64,000 nt of DNA from Crocinitomix sp. (GCA_044361315.1 JBIKJA010000012.1:380-64379); one strand, 5' to 3'. Positions 10,587 to 21,048 are shown, numbered from the stretch's first letter. Notes: generated by a model from the letters alone, not told the origin. Made by a program: numbers and translations.

Positions 10587-11117
10587 TTGGTTTTAGTTCA
10601 CGATAAAATTTTTGTACCTTACCTTTCATCAGTTGAGATAGACAACTGTGTGGATGAAGTTGCAGCGGCAATCAACCAAGATTATAAAGACAAACAACCA
10701 ATTTTCATCGGAATATTAAACGGTTCGTTTATGTTTGCTTCCGATCTATTAAAAAAAATTACTGTTCCTTGTCAGTTGAATTTTGCGAAATTTGCTTCTT
10801 ATCAAGGAACACAAAGTTCGGGAGAAATCAACGAATTAATTGGTTTTAATAATGATATTGAAGGAAGAGATGTAATTGTGGTAGAAGACATTGTAGACAC
10901 GGGGCAGACGATGGAGAAAATTTTAGACATTCTTGGTTCGAAGGGAGCAAAAAGTGTTCGAATTGCAACGCTTCTCTATAAACCAGATGTTTTTGACAAA
11001 AAATTTGAAATACATTATATTGGTAAAGCGATTCCTAACAAGTTTGTAATCGGATATGGATTGGATTACAATCAATTAGGACGTAATTTCAGCGAGATTT
11101 ACCAATTGCAAGAATAA
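10587..11117 (+). CDS. hpt: Hypoxanthine phosphoribosyltransferase
   Basis: GILNGSFMF, VEDIVDTG PRPP motif, FVIGYGLDY; TTG start. Confidence 0.93.
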   Translation: MVLVHDKIFVPYLSSVEIDNCVDEVAAAINQDYKDKQPIFIGILNGSFMFASDLLKKITVPCQLNFAKFASYQGTQSSGEINELIGFNNDIEGRDVIVVEDIVDTGQTMEKILDILGSKGAKSVRIATLLYKPDVFDKKFEIHYIGKAIPNKFVIGYGLDYNQLGRNFSEIYQLQE

Positions 11118-11128
11118 ATAAGAAGCGT

Positions 11129-11701
11129 ATGTTAAATATTGTACTATTTGGACCTCCAGGCGCAGGAAAGGGCACACAAGCCGAACGTTTATTGGAGAGA
11201 TATGGATTGTTCCATTTGTCAACAGGTGATGTTTTTCGTTATAATATGAAAAATGAAACAGAGCTTGGAAAACTAGCGAAAAGTTATATTTCTGAAGGGA
11301 AATTAGTACCGGATGAAGTAACGATTAAAATGCTTATTTCCGAAGTTGATCAACGCCCCGATTCGAAAGGGTTTATTTTTGATGGTTTTCCGCGAACAGA
11401 GGTTCAAGCCACGGCTTTGGATGAAATTTTAGCAGCTCGTGGAACATCAATCAACAAAATGGTAGCGTTGGATGTGGAGGAAGAAGAGTTGCGCGTGCGT
11501 TTGCTTGAACGGGCTAAAACGAGCGGTCGTACAGATGATGCTGACCCCGTAGTGATTCAAAATAGAATTGACGTTTATAAGGCAGAAACTGCGCCGGTTA
11601 AACTTTTCTATCAAAATCAAAATAAGTTTTTAAAAATAGATGGAAATGGTTCCATTGATCATGTTACTAAACTGTTATTTGAAGCGATTGAAGGCGCTTA
11701 G
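11129..11701 (+). CDS. adk: Adenylate kinase (short LID)
   Basis: GPPGAGKGTQA, HLSTGD, FDGFPRT, R.DD. Confidence 0.96.
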   Translation: MLNIVLFGPPGAGKGTQAERLLERYGLFHLSTGDVFRYNMKNETELGKLAKSYISEGKLVPDEVTIKMLISEVDQRPDSKGFIFDGFPRTEVQATALDEILAARGTSINKMVALDVEEEELRVRLLERAKTSGRTDDADPVVIQNRIDVYKAETAPVKLFYQNQNKFLKIDGNGSIDHVTKLLFEAIEGA

Positions 11702-11730
11702 TCTGATCGTTCAACTACACCATTATAAAG

Positions 11731-12714
11731 ATGTCTAATTTCATTGATTACGTTAAAATTCATTGTCGTTCTGGAAAAGGTGGGGCAGGTTCTCATTATA
11801 TGCGACGCGAAAAGTATGTTGCACAAGGAGGACCAGCCGGAGGAGATGGAGGCCGGGGGGGGCATATTATTTTAAGAGGGAATGCACAAATGTGGACATT
11901 GTTACATTTAAAGTATCAAAAACACATCAAAGCTGACCACGGTGAAATGGGTGGCAAAAATCAAAAATCAGGAAAAGAAGGGAAAGACATGTACATGGAA
12001 GTACCTTTGGGTACTATTGTTCGTGATGCCGAAACGGGAGAATTCGTGGCGGAAATTTCTACAGATGGTGAAGAGTTTATTTTGCTTGAAGGGGGCAAAG
12101 GTGGACGTGGAAATGTCCATTTCAAAACCTCTACCAATCAAGCCCCACAATACGCGCAACCTGGTATTCCTGAAAAAGAAGGTTGGTTTATTTTAGAGTT
12201 AAAAGTATTGGCAGATGTTGGATTAGTAGGTTTTCCAAATGCTGGTAAATCAACACTTTTATCGGTGGTTTCTGCAGCAAAACCTGAAATTGCAAATTAT
12301 CCTTTTACAACTTTAACACCTAATATTGGGATTGTGCCATACCGCGATTATCAGTCGTTTGTGATGGCGGATATTCCTGGAATTATTGAAGGGGCACACG
12401 AAGGAAAAGGTTTGGGTTTACGTTTTTTAAGACATATCGAAAGAAATTCATTGTTGCTTTTTTTGGTACCCGCCGATTCGGATGACATTAAAAAGGAGTA
12501 TGAAATTTTAGTGCATGAATTGGTTCAATACAACCCCGATTTGGCCGATAAACCACGAATTTTGGTGGTCTCAAAGTCCGATTTATTGGATGATGAATTA
12601 AAAAAAGAAATTAAAAAAGGATTGCCTAAACTCCCGTTTCTATTCATTTCTGGGGTAGCACAAACGGGTTTAGTTGAATTGAAAGATTTAATTTGGGAAA
12701 AGTTAAATGCATAA
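11731..12714 (+). CDS. obgE: GTPase ObgE
   Basis: Gly-rich Obg fold, [26 protein letters not shown]. Confidence 0.96.
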   Translation: MSNFIDYVKIHCRSGKGGAGSHYMRREKYVAQGGPAGGDGGRGGHIILRGNAQMWTLLHLKYQKHIKADHGEMGGKNQKSGKEGKDMYMEVPLGTIVRDAETGEFVAEISTDGEEFILLEGGKGGRGNVHFKTSTNQAPQYAQPGIPEKEGWFILELKVLADVGLVGFPNAGKSTLLSVVSAAKPEIANYPFTTLTPNIGIVPYRDYQSFVMADIPGIIEGAHEGKGLGLRFLRHIERNSLLLFLVPADSDDIKKEYEILVHELVQYNPDLADKPRILVVSKSDLLDDELKKEIKKGLPKLPFLFISGVAQTGLVELKDLIWEKLNA

Positions 12715-12748
12715 TTTTTTTGACTAACTTTAGTTCTCTAAATTGTCA

Positions 12749-13624
12749 ATGAAGCGATACATCCTCATATCATTATGTGCCTGTTTTTTGTTCATTTCAT
12801 GTCAAGATAAAAATCGTCACGAAATAATTGGTGGTGGATATGGAATTGGAGAGGTGATTGATAAAAAAAGAGAAGGCAATTGGACATTTTATAGTCAAGC
12901 TGGGCATAAAATAGCGAAAGGAATTTTTAAAAATGACCTAGAAGAAGGAAGTTGGACCTATTGGTTTGATCACGGGGTTATTGAACAAGTTGCCGAATGG
13001 AAAAACGGTGAATTGAACGGAAAGTTTAAGGATTATTATAAAAATGGACAACTCAAAAACGATGGATTTTTTGATAAAAATTTGAGAGTTGGTTATTGGG
13101 AAACCTATTCTGAAGCTGGAATATTGCAGCGAAAAGGCGATTTTTTAGCAGACAATAAAATAGGCCACTGGCAGTTTTTTTATCAAAATGGTGATAAAAA
13201 ATTGGATGTAAATTATGTCAACGGACAATTGGATGGCGAATTTATCACTTGGCATGAAAATGGAAAACATAGAGAGACTGGGACTTATCTAAACGAATTA
13301 AAACATGGTGTTTGGTTAATTTATCATGACAATGGCAACCTGCGCGATTCGGCAGTATACGACCACGACCAGTTAAATGGACCTTATAAAACTTATTTTT
13401 TAAATGGGCGCGTGAACATCGACGCTTATTATACAAACGACGAATTGATGGGGAATTACACGCTTTATCGTTCGAATGGCGCATTGGAAGAAGAGTGTAT
13501 TTATGTAAATGGAAAAAAAGAAGGAATTTATAAATATTACGATGTTTTTGGCAATTTGAAAAATACAGCCTATTTTAGGAACGATCAACTTGTAGATAAC
13601 GAAGAACTAACGCAGACAGAATGA
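12749..13624 (+). CDS. Lipoprotein with MORN-variant (YwqK-like) repeats
   Basis: FISC lipobox; tandem ~24-aa G.W..YY.NG repeats; stop overlaps the bioB start. Confidence 0.8.
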   Translation: MKRYILISLCACFLFISCQDKNRHEIIGGGYGIGEVIDKKREGNWTFYSQAGHKIAKGIFKNDLEEGSWTYWFDHGVIEQVAEWKNGELNGKFKDYYKNGQLKNDGFFDKNLRVGYWETYSEAGILQRKGDFLADNKIGHWQFFYQNGDKKLDVNYVNGQLDGEFITWHENGKHRETGTYLNELKHGVWLIYHDNGNLRDSAVYDHDQLNGPYKTYFLNGRVNIDAYYTNDELMGNYTLYRSNGALEEECIYVNGKKEGIYKYYDVFGNLKNTAYFRNDQLVDNEELTQTE

Positions 13625-14715
13625 AAATTAACTTGAAATACGCCTCAAAACAAGCGGCTTTGGATTTGTATAACTCTCCTTTAATGGAATTAATGTACCA
13701 AGCTGCAACTGTTCACAGAGAATTCCACAATCCTTTAGAAGTACAAATGAGTACGCTCATTTCAATTAAAACAGGTGGGTGTCCTGAAGATTGCAGTTAT
13801 TGCCCTCAATCAATGAAATACCACACTGACCTTGAAGTGCAAGCCTTAATGCCAGTGAAAGAGGTGGTTGATTTGGCTAAAAATGCTAAAATAAACGGCT
13901 CATCACGTGTGTGTATGGGAGCAGCTTGGCGAAATGTGCGCGATAACCGTGATTTTGACAAGGTGATTGAAATGGTACAAGAGATTAATGGCATGGGCAT
14001 GGAAGTGTGCGCCACGCTTGGAATGTTAGACGAAAAACAAGCCGAGCGATTAAAAAATGCTGGACTTTACGCCTATAATCACAATTTAGATTCTTCTCAA
14101 GAATTTTATAAAGACATTATTTCTACTCGTCAATACCAAGAAAGAATTGATACGATTGCCAATGCACGTAAAGCTGGTATTTCAGTTTGTTCGGGTGGAA
14201 TTATCGGAATGGGTGAATCTGTCGAAGATCGGATCGGGATGTTGATGACCTATGTACACATGGAGCAACCACCTGAATCAATTCCAATTAATGCCTTGGT
14301 GGCGGTGGCAGGCACACCTTTAGAGGATCAAAAAACTGTTCCTGTTTGGGACATGGTTCGAATGGTAGCCACTTCAAGAATTTTATTTCCACAATCTATT
14401 ATTCGATTGTCAGCTGGCCGAACAGAAATGTCGCAAGAAGGACAAGCTTTGTGTTTTATGGCAGGGGCTTCTTCTATTTTTGCTGGCGATAAATTATTGA
14501 CTACACCAAATCCAGAATTTAATGAAGATGCTGATTTGTTCAAAATTTTAGGACTTACGCCAAAAGCACCTTTTCAAGATGGGGAACAACCAGAAACAAA
14601 AGTGGACGAACGTGTTGAACAAGCTAAATTAATTCGCCAAAAAAGAGAGACCGAAAAAGCAAATGCTAAACCTGCAAGCGCTGATTTCGAACCTCGAAAA
14701 ATTACGGTTGAATAA
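13621..14715 (+). CDS. bioB: Biotin synthase
   Basis: CPEDCSYC radical-SAM motif, YNHNLD, CSGGI.GMGE, PINAL, RLSAGR. Confidence 0.96.
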   Translation: MKINLKYASKQAALDLYNSPLMELMYQAATVHREFHNPLEVQMSTLISIKTGGCPEDCSYCPQSMKYHTDLEVQALMPVKEVVDLAKNAKINGSSRVCMGAAWRNVRDNRDFDKVIEMVQEINGMGMEVCATLGMLDEKQAERLKNAGLYAYNHNLDSSQEFYKDIISTRQYQERIDTIANARKAGISVCSGGIIGMGESVEDRIGMLMTYVHMEQPPESIPINALVAVAGTPLEDQKTVPVWDMVRMVATSRILFPQSIIRLSAGRTEMSQEGQALCFMAGASSIFAGDKLLTTPNPEFNEDADLFKILGLTPKAPFQDGEQPETKVDERVEQAKLIRQKRETEKANAKPASADFEPRKITVE

Positions 14716-14728
14716 GGTTGGGTGTTTC

Positions 14729-15811
14729 ATGAAAACCCCTGAACGGATTTTAAAGAAATTGGCAGAGCGGGTCGAACAAAATTCGTTGCGCTCGCTTTCA
14801 ACATTTTCTGCAGGAATTGATTTTTATTCGAATGATTACCTCGGCTATGCTAAAATTCGTTTTGAATCGAATTATTCAGAAGGTTCCACAGGATCTCGAT
14901 TAATTTCTGGTAATAGTGAATTAACCAACCAAATTGAAGTTGAATTGGCGTCTTTTTTCAAGCAAGATGCAGGCTTGGTTTTTAATTCGGGTTACGATGC
15001 CAATCTTGGTCTTTTATCATGTGTGCCACAGCGTGGAGATACGATTTTATATGATGCTTTATGTCATGCTTCTATTCGTGATGGAATTCAATTGAGTTTT
15101 GCTAATTCTTTTAGTTTTCGGCACAATGAGTTGGAAAATCTCAAAAAAAGATTATTCGAAGCAAAAGGTACCGTTTATGTGGTTGTTGAGTCGATTTATT
15201 CGATGGATGGCGATCAAGCACCGTTGGTAGAATTGGTAGAATTGTGTCAACAATTTGGTGCTTTTTTAATTGTAGATGAAGCCCACGCAGGTGGAATTTA
15301 TGGCGATCAAGGTCAAGGTTTAGTGAGTCAATTGAACTTGGATTTTGGCGTTTTTGCAAAAATTATTACGTTTGGAAAAGCATTCGGCAGTCATGGAGCT
15401 TGTGTGCTCGGTAGTGCTGATTTAAAGTCTTATTTGATTAACTTTTCCCGTCCGTTTATTTATACCACAGCCATTCCCCCCACCTCCCAAGCACGCATTT
15501 TAGCCATCGTTCGCCACGCACAAGCGGAAACACACTCTCGGGCAAATCTTTTTAAAAACATCCAATTCTTTAAATCGCTACTAACGGAATACAAACTCCC
15601 TTTTTTAGAGAGTAATTCGGCCATTCAAGGTATTTTGATTCCTGGAAATGATAAGGTCAAAGAAAGAGCCAATCAACTCATTGAAAAAGGATTTTTCGTA
15701 AAACCAATTTTATCGCCAACGGTTGAAAAAGGCAAGGAACGTTTGCGGATTTGTTTGCATAGTTTTAATACCGAAGAAGAAATCACCTCCTTAATTGAAG
15801 CATTGATATGA
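14729..15811 (+). CDS. bioF: 8-amino-7-oxononanoate synthase
   Basis: FYSNDYLG, GSRLISGN, SGYDAN, DEAHA, TFGKAFG PLP lysine. ATG at 14729 preferred over the upstream ORF-track start. Confidence 0.9.
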   Translation: MKTPERILKKLAERVEQNSLRSLSTFSAGIDFYSNDYLGYAKIRFESNYSEGSTGSRLISGNSELTNQIEVELASFFKQDAGLVFNSGYDANLGLLSCVPQRGDTILYDALCHASIRDGIQLSFANSFSFRHNELENLKKRLFEAKGTVYVVVESIYSMDGDQAPLVELVELCQQFGAFLIVDEAHAGGIYGDQGQGLVSQLNLDFGVFAKIITFGKAFGSHGACVLGSADLKSYLINFSRPFIYTTAIPPTSQARILAIVRHAQAETHSRANLFKNIQFFKSLLTEYKLPFLESNSAIQGILIPGNDKVKERANQLIEKGFFVKPILSPTVEKGKERLRICLHSFNTEEEITSLIEALI

Positions 15812-16440
15812 ATCCGACTTTTCCCAGAACCATTTTTGTAACAGGCATCGGAACAGAAGTTGGAAAAACGTTCTGTTCGGCAGTTATCGTAGAAGCCTTA
15901 AAAGCCGATTATTGGAAACCAATTCAAGCCGGCGATTTACATCAACTAGATGCCGATTTTGTGAAAAAAGTGAGTTCAAATCCTTCTATAAAAATTCATC
16001 CATCGCGGCATTTATTGAACGAGGCCATGTCACCACATGCTGCTGCTGTTTTGGATGGTATCAATGTAACTTTGACTGATTTTGAACTACCAATAACCGA
16101 AAATCACTTGATTATTGAAGGCGCAGGAGGATTGATGGTTCCGTTGAATGTGCAAGGCGATTTAGTGGTGGATTTAATTCAAAATCTTAAAACCGAAGTT
16201 ATTTTGGTGGTAAAAAATTACTTAGGCAGTATCAACCACACCTTATTGAGTATTGAATTGTTGAAACAGCGAAATATCAAACTGTTGGGACTTATTTTTA
16301 ATGGAGAGACCAATGAGTTTTCGGAAGCCATTATTTTGTCAAAAACAGGCGTTAAATGTTTGGCGCGAATTCCTCAATTAACCGGCGATTTAAATGAATT
16401 TGTGGTTGAGCAAGCAGAGAAAATTAGAGAATCTCTTTAA
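15808..16440 (+). CDS. bioD: Dethiobiotin synthase
   Basis: VTGIGTEVGKT, YWKPIQ, IEGAGG, YLGSINHT. Confidence 0.95.
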   Translation: MNPTFPRTIFVTGIGTEVGKTFCSAVIVEALKADYWKPIQAGDLHQLDADFVKKVSSNPSIKIHPSRHLLNEAMSPHAAAVLDGINVTLTDFELPITENHLIIEGAGGLMVPLNVQGDLVVDLIQNLKTEVILVVKNYLGSINHTLLSIELLKQRNIKLLGLIFNGETNEFSEAIILSKTGVKCLARIPQLTGDLNEFVVEQAEKIRESL

Positions 16441-16879
16441 TCGTAATCTTCAAGTCGTTAAATTTGGCTGAATCCCCAGCTTTTTTATCCATTAAAACTT
16501 GTCCCATGGGTGAAAAAGGTGAAACTGCAAAAAAGACCGCGCCTTCAAGTTCTATTTTACCGGCGCTAATGGCAATATAAAAATTTCCATTGGAAGCAAT
16601 TACCAAACTTCCCAAGCGTGATGTTGTGTGTTTTTCAGCTGGATCAATTGGCAAAAGCGACTGTTTCAACTTGGTGGCTTCAGACAGTTGTTTCGAAATT
16701 TGTTCGGCTTCTAGTTGCATCATTGCCAAGGCAGTATCGTGTTTGTCACCCGCAGTGCTCTTGGTTTCAGAATCAAACGATTCTTGCACCTCGTTTAAGG
16801 CAATTGTAGTATTGTTAATCCGTTTTTCTACAAAACGCATACACTCTTGAAAGAGTGCCATTTTTATGTCTTTTTTCAC
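16424..16879 (-). CDS. GreA/GreB-like protein
   Basis: N-terminal coiled coil with KSTAGDKHDT; C-terminal SPFSPMGQVLMDKKAGD resembles the GreA C-domain. Confidence 0.65.
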   Translation of the reverse strand: MKKDIKMALFQECMRFVEKRINNTTIALNEVQESFDSETKSTAGDKHDTALAMMQLEAEQISKQLSEATKLKQSLLPIDPAEKHTTSRLGSLVIASNGNFYIAISAGKIELEGAVFFAVSPFSPMGQVLMDKKAGDSAKFNDLKITIKEIL

Positions 16880-17080
16880 CTTGTCCGTTTGAGGGGATGA
16901 ATTTACGAAATTGGCACGTTTTACAAATCAAAAATTTATTTTTTTCATAAAAATTAATAATATGTTTGAACAAACATTAATTGAATACGTTCTCTAATGA
17001 TGGTGTAATGATCGGAGAAACTTCCCGACAAATAGCCAAGAACGAAATTATCTTATTAAATTTGCAACAATTAAAAAAGC

Positions 17081-17752
17081 ATGGAAAACGGATTAGACAT
17101 AATTGACGAGGTAGGGGACAATCACTACATGTCCTCAGGAGATACGCCTATGCGCGCGGACGCCTTTGAACTGTCAGATGACGAAAAAATAGCAAAAATT
17201 GAATCTCATTTTACGGCAATAATGGACACCCTGGGCCTTGATTTGTCGGATGACAGTCTAAAAGGAACCCCAAAAAGGGTAGCAAAAATGTACGTAAAAG
17301 AAATCTTTGGCGGCCTCGATCCAAAAAAGGCACCCACCTCTTCCGATTTTGAGAATAAATACCAGTATGCAGAAATGTTGGTGGAAAAAGACATAACGCT
17401 GTATTCAACTTGCGAGCATCATTTTTTGCCAATTGTTGGTAAAGCACACGTGGCTTATTTCTCAAAAGGAAAGGTAATTGGTTTGTCAAAAATGAACCGA
17501 ATTGTGGAGTATTACGCCAAACGTCCGCAAGTGCAAGAGCGTTTAACCATGCAAGTGGTGCGTCATTTACAAAAATATTTGGGTACTGACGATGTTGCTT
17601 GTGTTATTGACGCCAAACATTTGTGTGTGAATTCACGCGGAATCAAAGATATTCAAAGTAGTACGGTCACCAGCGAATTTGGTGGCAAGTTCAATGATAT
17701 TGAAGTGCGAAAAGAGTTTTTGAACTACCTACAAATGAAAGTAGGGATTTAA
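17081..17752 (+). CDS. folE: GTP cyclohydrolase I
   Basis: TPKRVAKMY, STCEHH, GLSK..R, RPQVQERLT, HLCV..RG. Confidence 0.96.
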   Translation: MENGLDIIDEVGDNHYMSSGDTPMRADAFELSDDEKIAKIESHFTAIMDTLGLDLSDDSLKGTPKRVAKMYVKEIFGGLDPKKAPTSSDFENKYQYAEMLVEKDITLYSTCEHHFLPIVGKAHVAYFSKGKVIGLSKMNRIVEYYAKRPQVQERLTMQVVRHLQKYLGTDDVACVIDAKHLCVNSRGIKDIQSSTVTSEFGGKFNDIEVRKEFLNYLQMKVGI

Positions 17753-17789
17753 ATCAATCATTAATTCAATATAATACCCCCGTAGTTTT

Positions 17790-17900
17790 TGTCGTTCATG
17801 TCGAGAGCTCGTCTCTCAATATGAACGACAACCACCCAACAATAACTGCAGCCACTCAACAACCACCCAAAAAAAACGGTAACCACCCAACCGCAGCGGC
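17790..17900. repeat. Hairpin followed by three AACCACCCAA direct repeats
   Basis: TGTCGTTCAT(17790-99)/ATGAACGACA(17821-30) perfect stem with inner GAGAG/CTCTC; AACCACCCAA at 17830, 17861 and 17881. Confidence 0.75.
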
Positions 17901-17939
17901 AACAAACAAAACGATTAAAATTTAAAATGCCGATTCCCC

Positions 17940-18068
17940 GCGTTAAGGATGGAAGAGAAAAGCCCACAGTACGCAATTTAATTGGGGACGAGGACTTGTA
18001 ACGGACAGCCTGCCCCTGACGATTACTTAACGACTTTTCGGTCTGGACGGAATCGTCAGGGAACGCCC
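17940..18068 (+). ncRNA. Structured intergenic element, copy E1 (Flavo-1 RNA motif-like)
   Basis: GCGTT..AACGC closing stem, AGG..CCT pair, ACGGACAGCCTG, 11-bp stem 18014-24/18051-61, 3' GCCC. The Flavo-1 resemblance is from memory and needs cmscan. Confidence 0.6.
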
Positions 18069-18105
18069 TAAAAAAAAATAAAATTATTGTAGCCTAAAAC
18101 AGCGA

Positions 18106-18813
18106 TTAATTTACTGATTGCAACACGCCATCTTTCCAAATTCCTTTTTCGGTGACACCAATAGCGTATTTCATTGTGCCTTTCCCAGTGATAGCGCCAT
18201 CTAACCATTGTCCAGTGTATTTGTCAGCATTAGGCCAAACAATTGTACCTTTTCCATTTTCATTATCGTTGATCCAAGTACCTGTATAGGTTGTCCCATC
18301 CGCCCAAGTCATACTTCCTTTGCCATTTTTAGCATCGTTGCTCCAAGCACCAGTATATGTGTCGCCACCGCTATATTTGAGTGTGCCTTTGCCTTGTTGT
18401 TTATCTGCAAACCATTCACCTTCATAGGTACTGCCATCTGCCCAATTGAACTTACCTTTTCCTTGGCGAGCGTTATTTACCCAATTGCCCTCGTAACGGT
18501 TTCCATTTGCCCACTTCAATTCACCAAATCCTTCCATGACACCATTTTTCCAATTACCCATGTATTTGTCGCCGTTTGTCCAGTTCATTGTTCCGTACCC
18601 TACAATATAACCATCCACCCAATCACCGGTGTAAGAATCGCCTGCAACCCAAATCATGGTGCCTTTTCCATTTGGTTGACCATCAACTAATTGTCCACAG
18701 TATTTATCACCAGAATCGTAATAAAGGGTATCGCCTGCTAGAGAGGTGAATGAAAAAGTAAATAAAAAGAATAAGATAGTTAAAGGGCCTATTTTGAATA
18801 AATTAGTGTTCAT
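18106..18813 (-). CDS. Secreted MORN-repeat protein
   Basis: Signal peptide then ~8 tandem 23-aa Y.G.W..G...G.G repeats; ATG at 18813 preferred. Confidence 0.85.
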   Translation of the reverse strand: MNTNLFKIGPLTILFFLFTFSFTSLAGDTLYYDSGDKYCGQLVDGQPNGKGTMIWVAGDSYTGDWVDGYIVGYGTMNWTNGDKYMGNWKNGVMEGFGELKWANGNRYEGNWVNNARQGKGKFNWADGSTYEGEWFADKQQGKGTLKYSGGDTYTGAWSNDAKNGKGSMTWADGTTYTGTWINDNENGKGTIVWPNADKYTGQWLDGAITGKGTMKYAIGVTEKGIWKDGVLQSVN

Positions 18814-18883
18814 TTTGATTAGTTTTTTACACAAATTTAAACTATTTTGTTGGGATTTTGACCTTATTTTTTTTTAAGATTAT

Positions 18884-20125
18884 TTAAAAAATTCTGCAGC
18901 TTAGAATTGCAGTATCATCTACATAATTTCGAGGGCCACGCCAGTCATCTAATTTACTGAAAACAATTTCGTTGAGGTCTTCCATGGACAAGGGATAGAA
19001 ATTTTGAACGATCTTAGTTAAGCGTTCGGTTTCAAATTGTTCGGAAGTATTGTTTTCTAATTCCACCACACCATCCGTGTACAAAATTAAGGTAGTATTG
19101 GTTTGAATGTCCACCTCTGCACTTTCTAAAAATGGCAATTCGCGCAACATACCCAGGCCAATACACCCTTTGTTTAAAAACTGCGAATTTTTTCCACGAA
19201 TCAACAATGGCCAATTGTGCCCAGCATTAATGTATTTTAATTTTCGAGTAACTGAATTATACTCGGCAATAAAAAAGGTGATAAATTTTTCGCCATTTGC
19301 GCTGGTAAAAACCTTGTCATTGAGCACGGTTACCAATTCTTCCAGTTCTAATCGCTGATAATTGTATAAGGTACGCACGGTGGCTTGGAAATTTGCCATC
19401 AGCATGGCTGCCGAAATTCCTTTGCCGGACACATCGGCAATACACACCATAAATTCGTCGTTGTTTAGCCGAATGTAATCATAATAATCCCCGCTTACTT
19501 TGTGGTGTGAAAGGTATTTTGCCGAAATATCAATAATGCCATTTGACGGTAAATCAGAAGGAAAAAGCAAACGTTGCATTTCGGATGCCACTTCCAATTC
19601 TTGTTTAATGCGTTGTTGTTTTAAACTCTCATTCGCCAATCGTTTATTTTCGATGGCCACTACAATAATGTTGGTGAGGGTTTGAATAAAATTTAAGTTG
19701 CCAAAGTTGTGCGCCTTGTCTTTTTTATTGTCAAAAATACCAGCAATAAATAAAAAGGCCAAGGGTCGGTCCTTGTGCAATACAGGAATTATTACATCAA
19801 AATTATTTAACGACTTTTTGTAAGACGATTCAATGACCGTGATTTCTTTAAATTTAAGAATGTCACGTTCGATATTAAGGTCTTTTATTTTGCCTTTTAC
19901 ACCAATTTTTGCAATAATATTCCAATCGTCCACCAAATTGTAAAGCACAAATTTGCGGATTCCAAGTTGTTCACGCAAGATAAAATTATAGATTTCGATG
20001 AGTTCTGAAACGGGCTTATTGAAGTTGATTGATTTAGTAATTTCAAGCAATGAGTTTAATTTAAACTCATTTGACATGAGTTTATGTTCTAAATCAAAAA
20101 GTGCCGTTTCAGGAACGAGTGTCAT
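18884..20125 (-). CDS. PP2C/SpoIIE (RsbU-like) phosphatase with N-terminal GAF-like region
   Basis: VSGDYYD, IADVSGKGISAA, NAGH, LYTDGV.E, DDTA. Confidence 0.9.
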   Translation of the reverse strand: MTLVPETALFDLEHKLMSNEFKLNSLLEITKSINFNKPVSELIEIYNFILREQLGIRKFVLYNLVDDWNIIAKIGVKGKIKDLNIERDILKFKEITVIESSYKKSLNNFDVIIPVLHKDRPLAFLFIAGIFDNKKDKAHNFGNLNFIQTLTNIIVVAIENKRLANESLKQQRIKQELEVASEMQRLLFPSDLPSNGIIDISAKYLSHHKVSGDYYDYIRLNNDEFMVCIADVSGKGISAAMLMANFQATVRTLYNYQRLELEELVTVLNDKVFTSANGEKFITFFIAEYNSVTRKLKYINAGHNWPLLIRGKNSQFLNKGCIGLGMLRELPFLESAEVDIQTNTTLILYTDGVVELENNTSEQFETERLTKIVQNFYPLSMEDLNEIVFSKLDDWRGPRNYVDDTAILSCRIF

Positions 20126-21048
20126 AGGTTTTCTATAATGCCTGGCAAGCGTTTAAAGGCGGCTAATTCTTTCATTTTTACTCGAGCTTCGCCGCAAGGC
20201 GAACCAAAATAAGATTTTCCTTCTTCTAAATCCATTCCCACACCAGATTGTCCTAAAACAGTGACATTGTTGTGGATAGTAACATCGCTTACCACGCCAA
20301 CTTGCCCCCAAAGAGTGACATTGTTTTTTATGACCACGCAACCTGCAATCCCAACATTGGCTGCAAAGAGGCAATTTTCACCAATTACGGTATCGTGTCC
20401 AACATGAACTTGGTTATCGATTTTAGTTCCTTTTCCAATAATTGTGTCGCCTGTTACACCACGGTCGATGGTAGAAAGGGCGCCAATCTCTACATTGTCC
20501 TCTAAAATTGTTCGACCACAGGTGTGCATTCTGTTAAAACCATCAGGCTTTTTCTTGTAATAAAAAGCGTAATGCCCAATCACCGAATTTGGCCCGATGA
20601 TGACGTTATCCTTGATAATGGTATGGTCGCAAATAACCACACCGGCATGAATAACACAATTGTTTCCAATTTTTACGTGATGTCCAATTGTGACATTCGG
20701 GTAAATTGAATTGTTTTCACCGATTTCAAAATGATCGCCTGTTGGATGTGTCCAAGGTTTATCGGGTGAAAAATGGCGGGTGATTTTATTAAACGCATCA
20801 AAAGGAGCAGCACATACAATGATTCCTTTTCCAGCGGGTACTTCAACATCTTGATCGATAAGAATGACATCAGCAGCGCTTTCCAATGCTTTTTTGTAAT
20901 ATTTCGGATGATCTACAAAAACAATCTCGCCTGGTTCAATTTTATGAATTTCATTGATCCCAGTAATTTTTAAATTTTCATCTCCTTGAAATGGACTGTT
21001 AAGGAATTCGGCTATTTCTTTAAGTGTGTATGTGCGTTCAAATTTCAT
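20122..21048 (-). CDS. lpxD: UDP-3-O-acylglucosamine N-acyltransferase (LpxD family)
   Basis: LpxD N-domain plus hexapeptide repeats; IDRG...DT.IG.GTKIDNQVHVGH. Confidence 0.8.
   Translation of the reverse strand: MKFERTYTLKEIAEFLNSPFQGDENLKITGINEIHKIEPGEIVFVDHPKYYKKALESAADVILIDQDVEVPAGKGIIVCAAPFDAFNKITRHFSPDKPWTHPTGDHFEIGENNSIYPNVTIGHHVKIGNNCVIHAGVVICDHTIIKDNVIIGPNSVIGHYAFYYKKKPDGFNRMHTCGRTILEDNVEIGALSTIDRGVTGDTIIGKGTKIDNQVHVGHDTVIGENCLFAANVGIAGCVVIKNNVTLWGQVGVVSDVTIHNNVTVLGQSGVGMDLEEGKSYFGSPCGEARVKMKELAAFKRLPGIIENL

Noticed and set aside
13621-16440. bioB-bioF-bioD without bioA or bioC
   Set aside because: Split biotin operons are common and the rest of the genome is not visible, so nothing can be concluded.
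17761-17976. 71-aa minus-strand ORF; possible CRISPR-like array in the AACCACCCAA tract
   Set aside because: The ORF is a by-product of the repeat tract. The repeats are only 10 nt with irregular spacing and there are no cas genes.
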